A stretch of DNA of 64,000 bases from positions 13,486 through 77,485 of the forward strand of contig JAUSDP010000020.1 of assembly GCA_030650605.1 (NCBI GenBank), written 5' to 3'. The notes below the pieces were generated by a model, which saw only the letters and a program-made list of their open reading frames with translations, was not told the origin of the DNA and did no database searches. This document shows, piece after piece, positions 55,253-64,000 of the stretch. Made by a program: the position numbers and the translations under genes. The DNA comes from a bacterium (lineage in GTDB: Bacteria > Patescibacteriota > Minisyncoccia > Phycocordibacterales > Zambryskibacteraceae). Positions within the stretch are counted from its first letter, which is position 1. Each line of letters opens with the position of its first letter.

Positions 55253-58200
55253 TCAAGCAGCCAATTTTTCAATCAAATTTGGTTCTTCGCTGGTGCCAAA
55301 AACAATCTCGTTCGCACGATCTCGATGAGACGCCGCCGCAACGAATTTGGCCCCCAGTTTTGTCATCTGCTTCACGATCTCTTCGAGGTTATCCGCAGAA
55401 GTAGTAGCAGACATACGATCACGATTTCCGCTAAATTCCCCACCCTTGACGAGATTCAACAAGTCTTTATTTTCAAAGAACCTTCCTCCTGCAGTTTTAG
55501 TGCCAGGGACTGTAATTTTAACCACACCAAGACGCTGATCAAATGCGATCGTCGTGGTCAAATCCTTACGCCCCAAAAGAGTATGTTCAGCCGGCTCGTC
55601 AGTCCGAATCAAAGCAGATCCGCTGTCACTCTCAGCTACTAAAAATCGAAGATACTCGTAGGCGCATCGTGCGTCCGGCAAATCAATAGGAAAGTTTTTG
55701 ATGTCTTCGATTTTTATTGAAGATTTCACGAACACACCGCGCTGACGTCGACCTTCATCATCCGTATAAACAACCGCTGATCCCAAGTTTTTCTGTGAGG
55801 CGATTTCAGCAGCTCTGAATAAATTCCCTGTCAACGCATTAGTCGAGCGCGTCATAAATCCTTTGGGTGCAGTATCAAACGCATCTTTAGTTTGCCCTTC
55901 TTTATAGCCATAGAGCTCCGTTACTTGAGCAAAGGAAGCATCACTATGCAAATGATAGAACGACACCCGTTCGCATTTGTCTTGCCCAGGAATTGCAACG
56001 AGCGCGACATATTTCCCCAAATTGTGCTCCTGCCCATCTGGCGGGAATTCAACGTCAACTACTACACCTCGTTTATTGCCATCAAGTTTTGTGCTCCATT
56101 CAATCAAATTTCCCGGACAAGTGCGCGTTAGAGCTGTATTCAAAAACTCTTTACGTTCATCGAGTTTTTTAACGATATTATCCTTCTCGCTGCTCATTGC
56201 CTCTTCTACAGTTTTAAACGCGATCGGCAATGCTGCTGCCTTTGCGCGATCTATCGTTTTATTGACAGCAGTCATAAATGGCTTAACATTCAATGTTGGT
56301 TCTGCCCAAGCATAGATTTTTTCTTTTTTCAATCCACGCACAGCAAAACTGGCCACACCAGAAGATACATACGCCTGAACCGTGGCATATCGAATGGGAT
56401 CTCGTTCTTCTTTCCATTCAATAATTGATAAATAGACCGGATGATCAAAAACAGAGTCATACCGTTCTTTTTCAACTCCCACCATTATTTCCGAATGAAC
56501 TATTTTCCCCTTGATATCGAGTTCTCGCGATTTCAAGGGGTTGATACCTTGTTCGTCCAGTTCCTTCAATTGGCGCTCGAATTCATCAGTAACGTCTTTA
56601 ATCACCCGTTTTTGATCTAAAACAGAGAGCAACGCAATTCGCCCAAACAATTTATTGGCGAAATAACATTCATCTTGATTGCGCCCCTCAGTTTCCAGTT
56701 CGCTATCCAATTCGATATCAAGAATTGAGGCAATTTCAGGATTATTCTCTAAGAATTCTTTACACACTTTATTGCCAAATCCATTGAGAAGATCTGGCAC
56801 GTCCACGATTTCCGCTGAGTTCCGTCGATTAGATTGGGTATTTGCTGACAACCTGCGCAATTTTCTATTTTGCATGGCCAGTGGACGGAGTTCAAAAGGT
56901 AATCCGCTCGAAACCGATGTGATCCTTGGAGAGCAAACTTGCCCCTTCCGATTGACTCGCCCAAAGAACTGCACGCGATCATTCACATCCTCTGCAATTT
57001 GCAGTTCAAAAAAATGGCGCTGACGCTGGTCTGCAAATCGTTCAGAAGCATGGGCGGACATTCCTGTCGAACCCGCTTTAGTAAGAATCATTGCATCAGC
57101 CTGACCATTATTAAAGTTGTAGATAGCGTCGAGTCTATAATCTGGCCTCGGCAATACCAGCATATTGTTGTCCGTACCAATTCGAACACTCACCTTACGT
57201 CCAGACACTTCAGACACGCTAAACCCGCCAGATTCAGCTCCAGAACCTTTCGTACCCGCTTCTTCTATTTTTTGAGCTATCGCGTCGATTGGCGATAACG
57301 GTAATGATGGCAAGGCATCGATCAGTGCGGAAATCCGTGCTTCGTTATCTTTGTAATTTTTATGAAAAACGGCAGCGGCGTCAGCGCTCATTCCAGGCGG
57401 GACAATTGTTGTAGCAGAATTTTCGCTAACGTTTCCATAAAAATCTGTCGTTTTAATTGATGACAAACGTCTTAACATTCGCTTTAACACATGACGAAAA
57501 TCAATGATTGGAATTTCTTTCACGCCCTTCATCAAGTTATCAACAGAGTTTTCGGTGAACGCATTTTTTGTTGCAACTTGCGCTGCGCTCACTTCGGCAA
57601 ACAACACATCTTCACCGGGTTCCTCAACATTTAACGTATCACCGCCAATGTTATATAAAGACTCCATTAGTATCTGTTCGTTTGTTTGTTCAAGTGCGAT
57701 CACTGGTTTACGACCCTCACGTATTGCCTTGATCGCTTCATCTGCCACAAAGTCCGTTTTGATTGCCAACGCAAACTGACGCTGCAGGTTATAGAGTCTG
57801 GAACCAAAATTGACGTAATTCACGCCCATGCGCGAACCTTTACGTTGTTCTGGCGAAAGGGTTTCCATGCTATTTTTTATATCTGCCTGCAAGCGATCAA
57901 CCATTATTTTTGACACGTCGCCAGAGAGATACGACATGCCACGCAATATCTCGGAAACCTTGTCTGCTAGCGCTTCATTCCGCTCAACATTTTTTTCATC
58001 AATCAAAACATTGAATTCCAAATCGGACAAATCATGTTCACGACGAATCAGCGCTCCATCCGCAGCTAATTGAGCCGATAAAACCTCTTGCAATGGCTCA
58101 CCACCAATTTCTAAAACGTCCGCTAGCTTGTCCATCGTTACAGATTCAGGAAATGCTTTTGCATACACCTGCATATTTTTCGCGCCTTTGCAGTACGTAG

Positions 58201-60574
58201 CAGATGAATATACGGTACTGCTGGACTCGTTCACTGCGTCAGCAATATTGAAACCAACATTCGATGCACCTGCAGCTTCGTGTGACTCATCCAAAATCAG
58301 CAAGGTGTCCTCACCGCAAACGCGTCTCAGGAACGCAGATTTCTCCGTTCCGAGTCGATTTACCTGCGAGTAAGTGGCGAATAGCAGGTTATATCCCTGC
58401 GTTGTCATCGGATCACTCCCATTCACAATGCGCTTGAACTCAGTCCGAGGTGTCGGCTTAATTGCGACTTCATTATTTTGGTCGAGCACCGGGGTGTCTG
58501 CATTCATTATTAGTGGCGTAAACAAAGAGGTGGAATTGATGTCTTCAACATCACGCCAAAAATCGGTAAACAGATTCGGTTTCTTTGTCATGAATACGAC
58601 CGGTTTGCCAATTAAGGCTGCATAGCGAGCAATACCAGCCAAGGTGCGGCCTTTTCCGATCCCAGTCTGATCACCAAGGATGAATCCACGTCCACCTTCA
58701 AACCGATGAATAGCCAAAGCAATGGCGTCAATTTGTTCGGGCGAGTACGCTTTCAACTCTTCATTTCCAACTTGAAGCTTGTCTTTCACGAAATCGTCCG
58801 TTGACAAACCGGTTTTGAAATTGAAGTTCTCCAACGCCTGTGCAATTGGAGCCTCTAAATTGCGCGGCACCATCGTCGATGCCTCGCCAGTTTTTGATTG
58901 TGAAATATAAGGTGCCTGAAATTCATTTATTTTGAATTCCTCTTTTTTAGGCTCATCGACAATTTCAGCATCACCGCCAGGTACAGGATTAATCAGATCG
59001 TTTTCGTCGACGCCAAACAAATCGATTTCAGGAATATCACCTCCTGCGCCCATATCGTCTTTTTCATTCATCACATTTAGAACGCCTATCATGTGATTCC
59101 ACGCTTCTGACCACGTACGTACGACCGGCAACTTCTCTGAGATGATTTTGTCGTTGATATGAAATATCGTGTCACCAATCTGTATTTCTGGTTCTTTGAA
59201 TCTTGCAGCTGCGTCTTCGGCATGACGGCGACGGCCGATCGAGATCATTCTCGTCGGGAATTCGGCACCCTGTTTTGCATACAAACGACCGTCAAACTCT
59301 GTAATATCTTCAATTTCATAGTGATCAGAAAGCCACTTAAAAAACGTTCGCGATGATCCATGGATTTCACCTGCGTTTTTCTCGAATTTATTTTCGTTGT
59401 CGGCACCCACGATGAAAATACCCCGACCTTCATCAATTCGTTGTGAGAGTGCGTGCAAGACTATCTGATAGTCAAGACGATGTACTTGCAATTTATCGAC
59501 TGTAATCACTTTATCCAACCCGCCAAATGGGGGATTAGCAATAACTGCGTCTACTTGCAAAGGGGCTTTGTTATAGAGCGTATTCCCTTCAATTACTTGC
59601 ATATTTGCGCGGAGTTGGTTCACTTGCGCGACACGTTTAGGGTCAATCTCAAATCCGAAAATCTTTGCTGATTCTGGCAGACTCATCACTAACGAACCGT
59701 TACCTATTGTCGGCTCAAGCACGCTCTTTTCTTCCATTGAACCGAGAAGCATCTGTGCCAGGATTGACATCGGCAATGGTGTTGAATATTGTTGATTGAT
59801 AACTGACGTAGAACTACGAAAGTTCAATGCTGGCTGATTCTCGTTGAGCTTTACAGCGAACGTAAAGGCATTTTCGTCTACGCCGGGCATGCCGTGCTGC
59901 TTGCGTTGAAGCGCTGCTTCTACGGCCTCCTGTACGTGCCTTAAACGGATGTCATCAAGACGCATGAAACCTGATTCACTTGAAACCACAGACGCAAATC
60001 GCCGAAGATCGTTTGAACGCAGTACCTCGCCATTCACCATGCGCAAGACAAATCCATCAGCACATAAAGCTAAATTTTTTTCATCAGCCGCACGCAGGAA
60101 TACAGCTGGATCTACAACAGATGCGCTTTCGCGAATGGCGCGGCCTTCATTGTCTTTGACAAACCGACCCGTCTCACCTTCAAAAACATTTTGCCCAAGA
60201 TAATTGAGCCCAACAGGCGCCACATCTCGCAAATCACTAGAGGCTGACTTTGTGTCATCCTCTGTTTTAGCTCTCATGAATACTTGATTTTGAGCCATCT
60301 TAATTGGGATAGCTCGCGGAAAAATCACACGAATAGTTGGCATGGATAACTTCTCGCCAGCTTTGAGCGGGCGCATAAGATACTTTCCGCTCCTGGAAAC
60401 GGAGTATCCAGATTCTTGGGCTGTAGACCATTCATTCATTGCTGAGGTCAATCCAGAAATCACCATCGCGGTTTCGCCCGAGGGCAATTTAGTTACGAAT
60501 AATTTGGCGGAGTGATGCTTCGTATCAATCCAATCCATCATTGGAATTGCTGGTTTTGTCGCTTGAACTGACAT
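55253..60574 (-). CDS. giant N6-adenine DNA methyltransferase plus Sbn/SNF2-type helicase fusion (P1 DarB-like)
   Basis: MTase motif I LEPTIGNGSL and motif IV IANPPFGG; helicase motif I GDQTGIGKGRT (strawberry-notch type) and DExH LILDESHEAAG; 1773 aa. Confidence 0.75.
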   Translation of the reverse strand: MSVQATKPAIPMMDWIDTKHHSAKLFVTKLPSGETAMVISGLTSAMNEWSTAQESGYSVSRSGKYLMRPLKAGEKLSMPTIRVIFPRAIPIKMAQNQVFMRAKTEDDTKSASSDLRDVAPVGLNYLGQNVFEGETGRFVKDNEGRAIRESASVVDPAVFLRAADEKNLALCADGFVLRMVNGEVLRSNDLRRFASVVSSESGFMRLDDIRLRHVQEAVEAALQRKQHGMPGVDENAFTFAVKLNENQPALNFRSSTSVINQQYSTPLPMSILAQMLLGSMEEKSVLEPTIGNGSLVMSLPESAKIFGFEIDPKRVAQVNQLRANMQVIEGNTLYNKAPLQVDAVIANPPFGGLDKVITVDKLQVHRLDYQIVLHALSQRIDEGRGIFIVGADNENKFEKNAGEIHGSSRTFFKWLSDHYEIEDITEFDGRLYAKQGAEFPTRMISIGRRRHAEDAAARFKEPEIQIGDTIFHINDKIISEKLPVVRTWSEAWNHMIGVLNVMNEKDDMGAGGDIPEIDLFGVDENDLINPVPGGDAEIVDEPKKEEFKINEFQAPYISQSKTGEASTMVPRNLEAPIAQALENFNFKTGLSTDDFVKDKLQVGNEELKAYSPEQIDAIALAIHRFEGGRGFILGDQTGIGKGRTLAGIARYAALIGKPVVFMTKKPNLFTDFWRDVEDINSTSLFTPLIMNADTPVLDQNNEVAIKPTPRTEFKRIVNGSDPMTTQGYNLLFATYSQVNRLGTEKSAFLRRVCGEDTLLILDESHEAAGASNVGFNIADAVNESSSTVYSSATYCKGAKNMQVYAKAFPESVTMDKLADVLEIGGEPLQEVLSAQLAADGALIRREHDLSDLEFNVLIDEKNVERNEALADKVSEILRGMSYLSGDVSKIMVDRLQADIKNSMETLSPEQRKGSRMGVNYVNFGSRLYNLQRQFALAIKTDFVADEAIKAIREGRKPVIALEQTNEQILMESLYNIGGDTLNVEEPGEDVLFAEVSAAQVATKNAFTENSVDNLMKGVKEIPIIDFRHVLKRMLRRLSSIKTTDFYGNVSENSATTIVPPGMSADAAAVFHKNYKDNEARISALIDALPSLPLSPIDAIAQKIEEAGTKGSGAESGGFSVSEVSGRKVSVRIGTDNNMLVLPRPDYRLDAIYNFNNGQADAMILTKAGSTGMSAHASERFADQRQRHFFELQIAEDVNDRVQFFGRVNRKGQVCSPRITSVSSGLPFELRPLAMQNRKLRRLSANTQSNRRNSAEIVDVPDLLNGFGNKVCKEFLENNPEIASILDIELDSELETEGRNQDECYFANKLFGRIALLSVLDQKRVIKDVTDEFERQLKELDEQGINPLKSRELDIKGKIVHSEIMVGVEKERYDSVFDHPVYLSIIEWKEERDPIRYATVQAYVSSGVASFAVRGLKKEKIYAWAEPTLNVKPFMTAVNKTIDRAKAAALPIAFKTVEEAMSSEKDNIVKKLDERKEFLNTALTRTCPGNLIEWSTKLDGNKRGVVVDVEFPPDGQEHNLGKYVALVAIPGQDKCERVSFYHLHSDASFAQVTELYGYKEGQTKDAFDTAPKGFMTRSTNALTGNLFRAAEIASQKNLGSAVVYTDDEGRRQRGVFVKSSIKIEDIKNFPIDLPDARCAYEYLRFLVAESDSGSALIRTDEPAEHTLLGRKDLTTTIAFDQRLGVVKITVPGTKTAGGRFFENKDLLNLVKGGEFSGNRDRMSATTSADNLEEIVKQMTKLGAKFVAAASHRDRANEIVFGTSEEPNLIEKLAA

Positions 60575-60615
60575 GATTGGTTCCTATTATTTATAACTAA
60601 ACTAAATTTTTGTCG

Positions 60616-60647
60616 AAAAAAAGCGCACTCTGAAGTGCGCTTTTTTT
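60616..60647. terminator. bidirectional rho-independent terminator (AAAAAAGCGCACTctgaAGTGCGCTTTTTTT)
   Basis: 7-bp GC-rich stem, 4-nt loop, A-run and T-run flanks. Confidence 0.7.
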
Positions 60648-60664
60648 ACTTGTTACGTCAACGA

Positions 60665-61513
60665 TTACTTGGCACCAGGTACGGCCGCCGCAGGGTCAAT
60701 TGAAAATTCACCATCTTCATAACTGGCACCACCTTCATCAGATTCTGACGCGACATGATGCTGGTCGGACTCTTCATGTTCTGCTGCTGTCGTTTTGTAG
60801 TGAGCCTCAATGCGCCCCAAAATTTCTTTAAAGTAGCTGATGCCAACAGATTTGCGAGCCTTCGCAAACATTTCTTTGTTTTCTGCGCGTTTGAAATCAG
60901 CACCTTCGAGTTTCGCGTATTTTTCGTCCACTAAAACTTTCACAACATCGTAATGCTTGACGCCTTCGGCGACTTTGACTTCAAGCCCATTCTGTTTGAC
61001 CGAAACATTGTGTTTGGCATACAGCGGACCATCTGGATCTTTTGGATTTGCTTCGAGTGATGACCACGCGCCGATTTCGACTTCTTCGCCAGGGATCGCA
61101 TATTCGAGTTTTTGGATGAGTTTTTGTGCGAGGTCGCTACCCATGTCTAAAGTCAGGATGGTATTTTCCTTCACTCCACCGACTTCGTCTTGTAAGAAAA
61201 CACGCAAGTTTTCGTATTTGTTTTTTGTAGCTGGATCTTCGTTTTCACGGTAAAAGACATTTTTCAATTTGCCAGAGATGCTAAAACCGACTGGAACTTT
61301 GGCTTCTTTCAGATGCTTGCGAGCCTTGGCTGTCGCTGAATCTGTGCCCAAGCCGGAAAAAGATTTCTTTACAACGGCCTCGCCGACCAGAGCTTTTGCA
61401 TCTGCGTAGGCTTTTTTGTTTGCCGCAGTTTCTAACGTAAGCGAACCAAGGAAGCTGGAAAAGCCTACATAGTTAGTTGTCGTACCTTCACCAGAATTTG
61501 TGTTAATTGCCAT
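60665..61513 (-). CDS. hypothetical protein with an acidic C-terminus (start at MAINTN with AGGAG RBS)
   Basis: ORF 60665-61558; AGGAGtatgaaaATG supports the internal start. Confidence 0.5.
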   Translation of the reverse strand: MAINTNSGEGTTTNYVGFSSFLGSLTLETAANKKAYADAKALVGEAVVKKSFSGLGTDSATAKARKHLKEAKVPVGFSISGKLKNVFYRENEDPATKNKYENLRVFLQDEVGGVKENTILTLDMGSDLAQKLIQKLEYAIPGEEVEIGAWSSLEANPKDPDGPLYAKHNVSVKQNGLEVKVAEGVKHYDVVKVLVDEKYAKLEGADFKRAENKEMFAKARKSVGISYFKEILGRIEAHYKTTAAEHEESDQHHVASESDEGGASYEDGEFSIDPAAAVPGAK

Positions 61514-61887
61514 TTTCATACTCCTATAGGATTTCAAAGTTAATTTTTTGCCGCCCAACTCGCAGACATCTTCAACTTGCCACGCCTGCTCGTTGTGCGG
61601 CTTTCAACGACAGGATTACTACCATGCAATCAAAACATCTTTCGTTTAGATATACATTTACGAACTAATATAACCGTTTGCAATCCACTCTGCAAGTTTT
61701 TTTGCAACGATCCATAAATTATTTTTGAATCGATTCATAATTAAACAAATGAGATGGGGCCCGCTCGGCATTAAATGTCGTTAGCGGCGAGCATCGAGCA
61801 GTTTTTCGGCTTTTTATGTTGTTTGTTTAAATCCGTGTCTTGGGGGCGCCAGCAACCTCGTATTACAGCTGGCACCAAAACGAAATA

Positions 61888-62139
61888 TTAGTGATTTTGG
61901 TATGCAAGCCGCGCCGCATCAATCCCATCTCCGACATTGATTCCGTCACCATTTTCCCAACCAACAAAAGAAGGTTGAGTGCAACCGGTCAGGAGTGTTG
62001 AAACTTGACGAATGTATTCGCGGGCCAGTTGCAACTCAATGCAAATCGAAACCAAGTCATCGTTTGTGAGTTGCTCAGTGCATCCAGTGGCGGCCGTTTC
62101 CAGCGCTACATCATTTATTTTCGTCACGATAAACCTCAT
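61888..62139 (-). CDS. hypothetical protein
   Basis: 83-aa ORF. Confidence 0.3.
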   Translation of the reverse strand: MRFIVTKINDVALETAATGCTEQLTNDDLVSICIELQLAREYIRQVSTLLTGCTQPSFVGWENGDGINVGDGIDAARLAYQNH

Positions 62140-62154
62140 TAGTAGTAAATGGCA

Positions 62155-62553
62155 TTAGTGGCAAGATGTCTCTGACATCAGTAATGGTGTTTTATGATGC
62201 GCGGTTTGCGCCGAAAAAAAGCTACCCGAACATATAACGGTCTTACCTAGGAAGGGACGTAAAGATTTGTAAGTGGATCTACCATTTAGTACCAATTGAA
62301 CCGAGGATATATTCCTCTGCGCCGGCTCCGAATAATGTTCCATTTTTTGCTCCAAAATGCAGACTGGCCGTGGAAGCACAAGAATGAAATACGTTTCCTC
62401 TTCATCTCCAGCTTCGATACTTTCATAATTTGGACGGCCAGGGTATGTCACTGATTTCAACCTTCCTGTGAGTACACCTTCGCTATAACTGAGACAGTTA
62501 TGCGCAAAAGACAGGACCGGAAATAGCAATTGAAGGATAAAAAAATATTTCAT
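62155..62553 (-). CDS. secreted protein
   Basis: Signal peptide MKYFFILQLLFPVLSFA. Confidence 0.4.
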   Translation of the reverse strand: MKYFFILQLLFPVLSFAHNCLSYSEGVLTGRLKSVTYPGRPNYESIEAGDEEETYFILVLPRPVCILEQKMEHYSEPAQRNISSVQLVLNGRSTYKSLRPFLGKTVICSGSFFSAQTAHHKTPLLMSETSCH

Positions 62554-62655
62554 TTATAGATACGTTGCGACGGTATCCCGTCAGCTATTCGGTTTAAAGT
62601 CCAATTCGGATCGAGTCACTCTCACTATTAAGTCAAAATCTAGTGCATCCATTAT

Positions 62656-63549
62656 TCACTTATGCTCGTAAGATCGATGCACCGGAGGGATTTTGTACGT
62701 CTGGTAGTCCCATATCCCAAGAATTCTCCCGAGGTCTTTAAAGAGCAAAAAACGCTCCAAATGGTAGTCTGTCAAACTATGAGAAGCGTTTGGATTTTCA
62801 AATATTTGACACGCCAAATTAACAGCAAAATCTTTCCGCTTGCAGTATTCAGAGAGTAAAACGAACGATCTCTCCATGTGTGATGAACTCGTAACCAGAC
62901 AAATCCCTTTGGTGGAGTGCTTCTCCCAAATGTCCATTGATAAAATAATGCTCTCAACGGTGTCCCTGGATTTATCTTCAACGATGATATCCTCTGCAGC
63001 GACACCATGCGCCATCAACCAATGCCGCATAACTTCGGCTTCAGTAATCCCTTTAGCTATACCTCCTCCGGAGACAATCACTTTCAATTCCGGATTATTT
63101 TGATACAGCTGGCGAGTAACTTCCAAACGCCCCAATAACTCTACAGATGGCTCAGCATTTGGGCTAAGTACGTTTGCCAGCACCAAGATGAAATCAACAG
63201 CGTGCAACTGTTGATCGATGTTGAAATTTGCCTCTGTCACACTCATGAATTTACGTGCTAACTCGGTGAGCTTACTGTGAGGAAGATACGTCGCCAAGTC
63301 CGATAGCAATATGTTAGCAACCGCAGGCGTTTTAATCCATGTTTCCCGCTGCAATAGGCGTCCATCGACAAGCCATGCCAGCCGACTAATGGGATCAATC
63401 ATTCGATCATTTTGACTAAAACTTGACTGCAAAGCGCGTAATGATTGCATGTCTTCAAACGCAATAATTTTGGCGGCCTCATTAAGTTGCCATTTTAAAG
63501 AATCTATATTGACAGGCTTTTTTTTCTTGAACATTTCAAGCAAATTCAT
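62656..63549 (-). CDS. DUF218 (ElyC/SanA/YdcF family) protein
   Basis: VIVSGGGIAKG ... EAEVMRHWL ... VEDKSRDTVESI is the DUF218 core. Confidence 0.65.
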   Translation of the reverse strand: MNLLEMFKKKKPVNIDSLKWQLNEAAKIIAFEDMQSLRALQSSFSQNDRMIDPISRLAWLVDGRLLQRETWIKTPAVANILLSDLATYLPHSKLTELARKFMSVTEANFNIDQQLHAVDFILVLANVLSPNAEPSVELLGRLEVTRQLYQNNPELKVIVSGGGIAKGITEAEVMRHWLMAHGVAAEDIIVEDKSRDTVESIILSMDIWEKHSTKGICLVTSSSHMERSFVLLSEYCKRKDFAVNLACQIFENPNASHSLTDYHLERFLLFKDLGRILGIWDYQTYKIPPVHRSYEHK

Positions 63550-63604
63550 ATTTTTCCTTTAGGACTTTAGGCAAGACACGTGATAGTTTTACTAGGATCT
63601 AATA

Positions 63605-64000
63605 TCAAGCGACCATCAAATGCTTTTCGGCGTAAACGCACACCTCTGCGGCCATCACGTCGAGCAATCCCAAATCGTCTTTACTGTCAAACGTGAGGGA
63701 TCTCTTTTCGAAGTCTCGCTGGCAAGATCCTGCTGGATAGATTGCCGATAAAGCCTGTCTCGCGAACTTGCCAGGCAATTTTTCGTAGACGCGTTTGCGC
63801 AACCCCATGTCTTGGGCTGTAGTGGTCAATGCCCAAAGTTCAAGGGGAGACGCAGTATTCACCAAAAGCTGCTCGATCGTTCCTAATTTGGTTTTATACA
63901 GAACTAAGAATGGCGCACCTGTTGGCGTTGGGCCCAAGCATTCGTATTTAAACCGCTCCAACGCAGTTGCGGAAAATCCAAAACGTAAGCGAAGCTCTTC
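63605..64000 (-). CDS. hypothetical protein, 5' partial (reading frame stays open to the window edge)
   Basis: The track's M at 63961 is a TTG; the frame is stop-free upstream to position 64000. Confidence 0.35.
   Translation of the reverse strand, partial: EELRLRFGFSATALERFKYECLGPTPTGAPFLVLYKTKLGTIEQLLVNTASPLELWALTTTAQDMGLRKRVYEKLPGKFARQALSAIYPAGSCQRDFEKRSLTFDSKDDLGLLDVMAAEVCVYAEKHLMVA

Noticed and set aside
55325-58625. Multiple plus-strand ORFs (55325 ... 58625) inside the giant gene
   Set aside because: All are short antisense frames within a 5.3-kb continuous minus-strand ORF carrying coherent MTase and helicase motifs.
1-64000. tRNA, rRNA, integrase, transposase or IS elements
   Set aside because: Searched by eye for tRNA T-arm/acceptor features, DDE or tyrosine/serine recombinase motifs and terminal inverted repeats; none found, so none is reported.

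Overview
This window reads as a plasmid or ICE-like accessory segment, not core chromosome. About 85% of the plausible genes lie on the minus strand, and many are small ORFs arranged in operons behind repeated consensus sigma70 promoters. No integrase, transposase, rep gene, tRNA or rRNA was recognised.

Recognisable content:
- A complete compact CRISPR-Cas locus with type IV-A architecture at 35.4-42.9 kb: Cas6, a zinc-finger Csf1-like small subunit, a Cas7-like Csf2, a Cas5-like Csf3, and a divergent DinG-family helicase. It is translationally fused to an I-E-like cas1-cas2 pair and ends in a 6-repeat array.
- Two tandem hipBA toxin-antitoxin pairs.
- A GHKL-ATPase plus DUF5131 (Gp37/Gp68) two-gene operon.
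- ArdC, a giant N6-adenine methyltransferase plus Sbn/SNF2-type helicase fusion (P1 DarB-like), and a large HExxH polyvalent-type protein.
- RdgC, a plasmid-type thermonuclease, a VapC PIN toxin, and an XRE plus AAA-ATPase pair.
- A standalone EAL phosphodiesterase and a LuxI/FeeM-like N-acyltransferase.
- An orphan TrbL/VirB6-like membrane protein.
- Two fragments of one topoisomerase IA/III gene (N-terminal 506 aa at 50.1-51.6 kb, C-terminal 217 aa at 33.1-33.7 kb) that bracket the 16 kb defence/anti-defence block.
- An AT-rich non-coding region at 24.0-24.6 kb with a 19-bp perfect inverted repeat and iteron-like direct repeats, which looks like an origin (oriT or oriV).

Most of the remaining ORFs are hypothetical.
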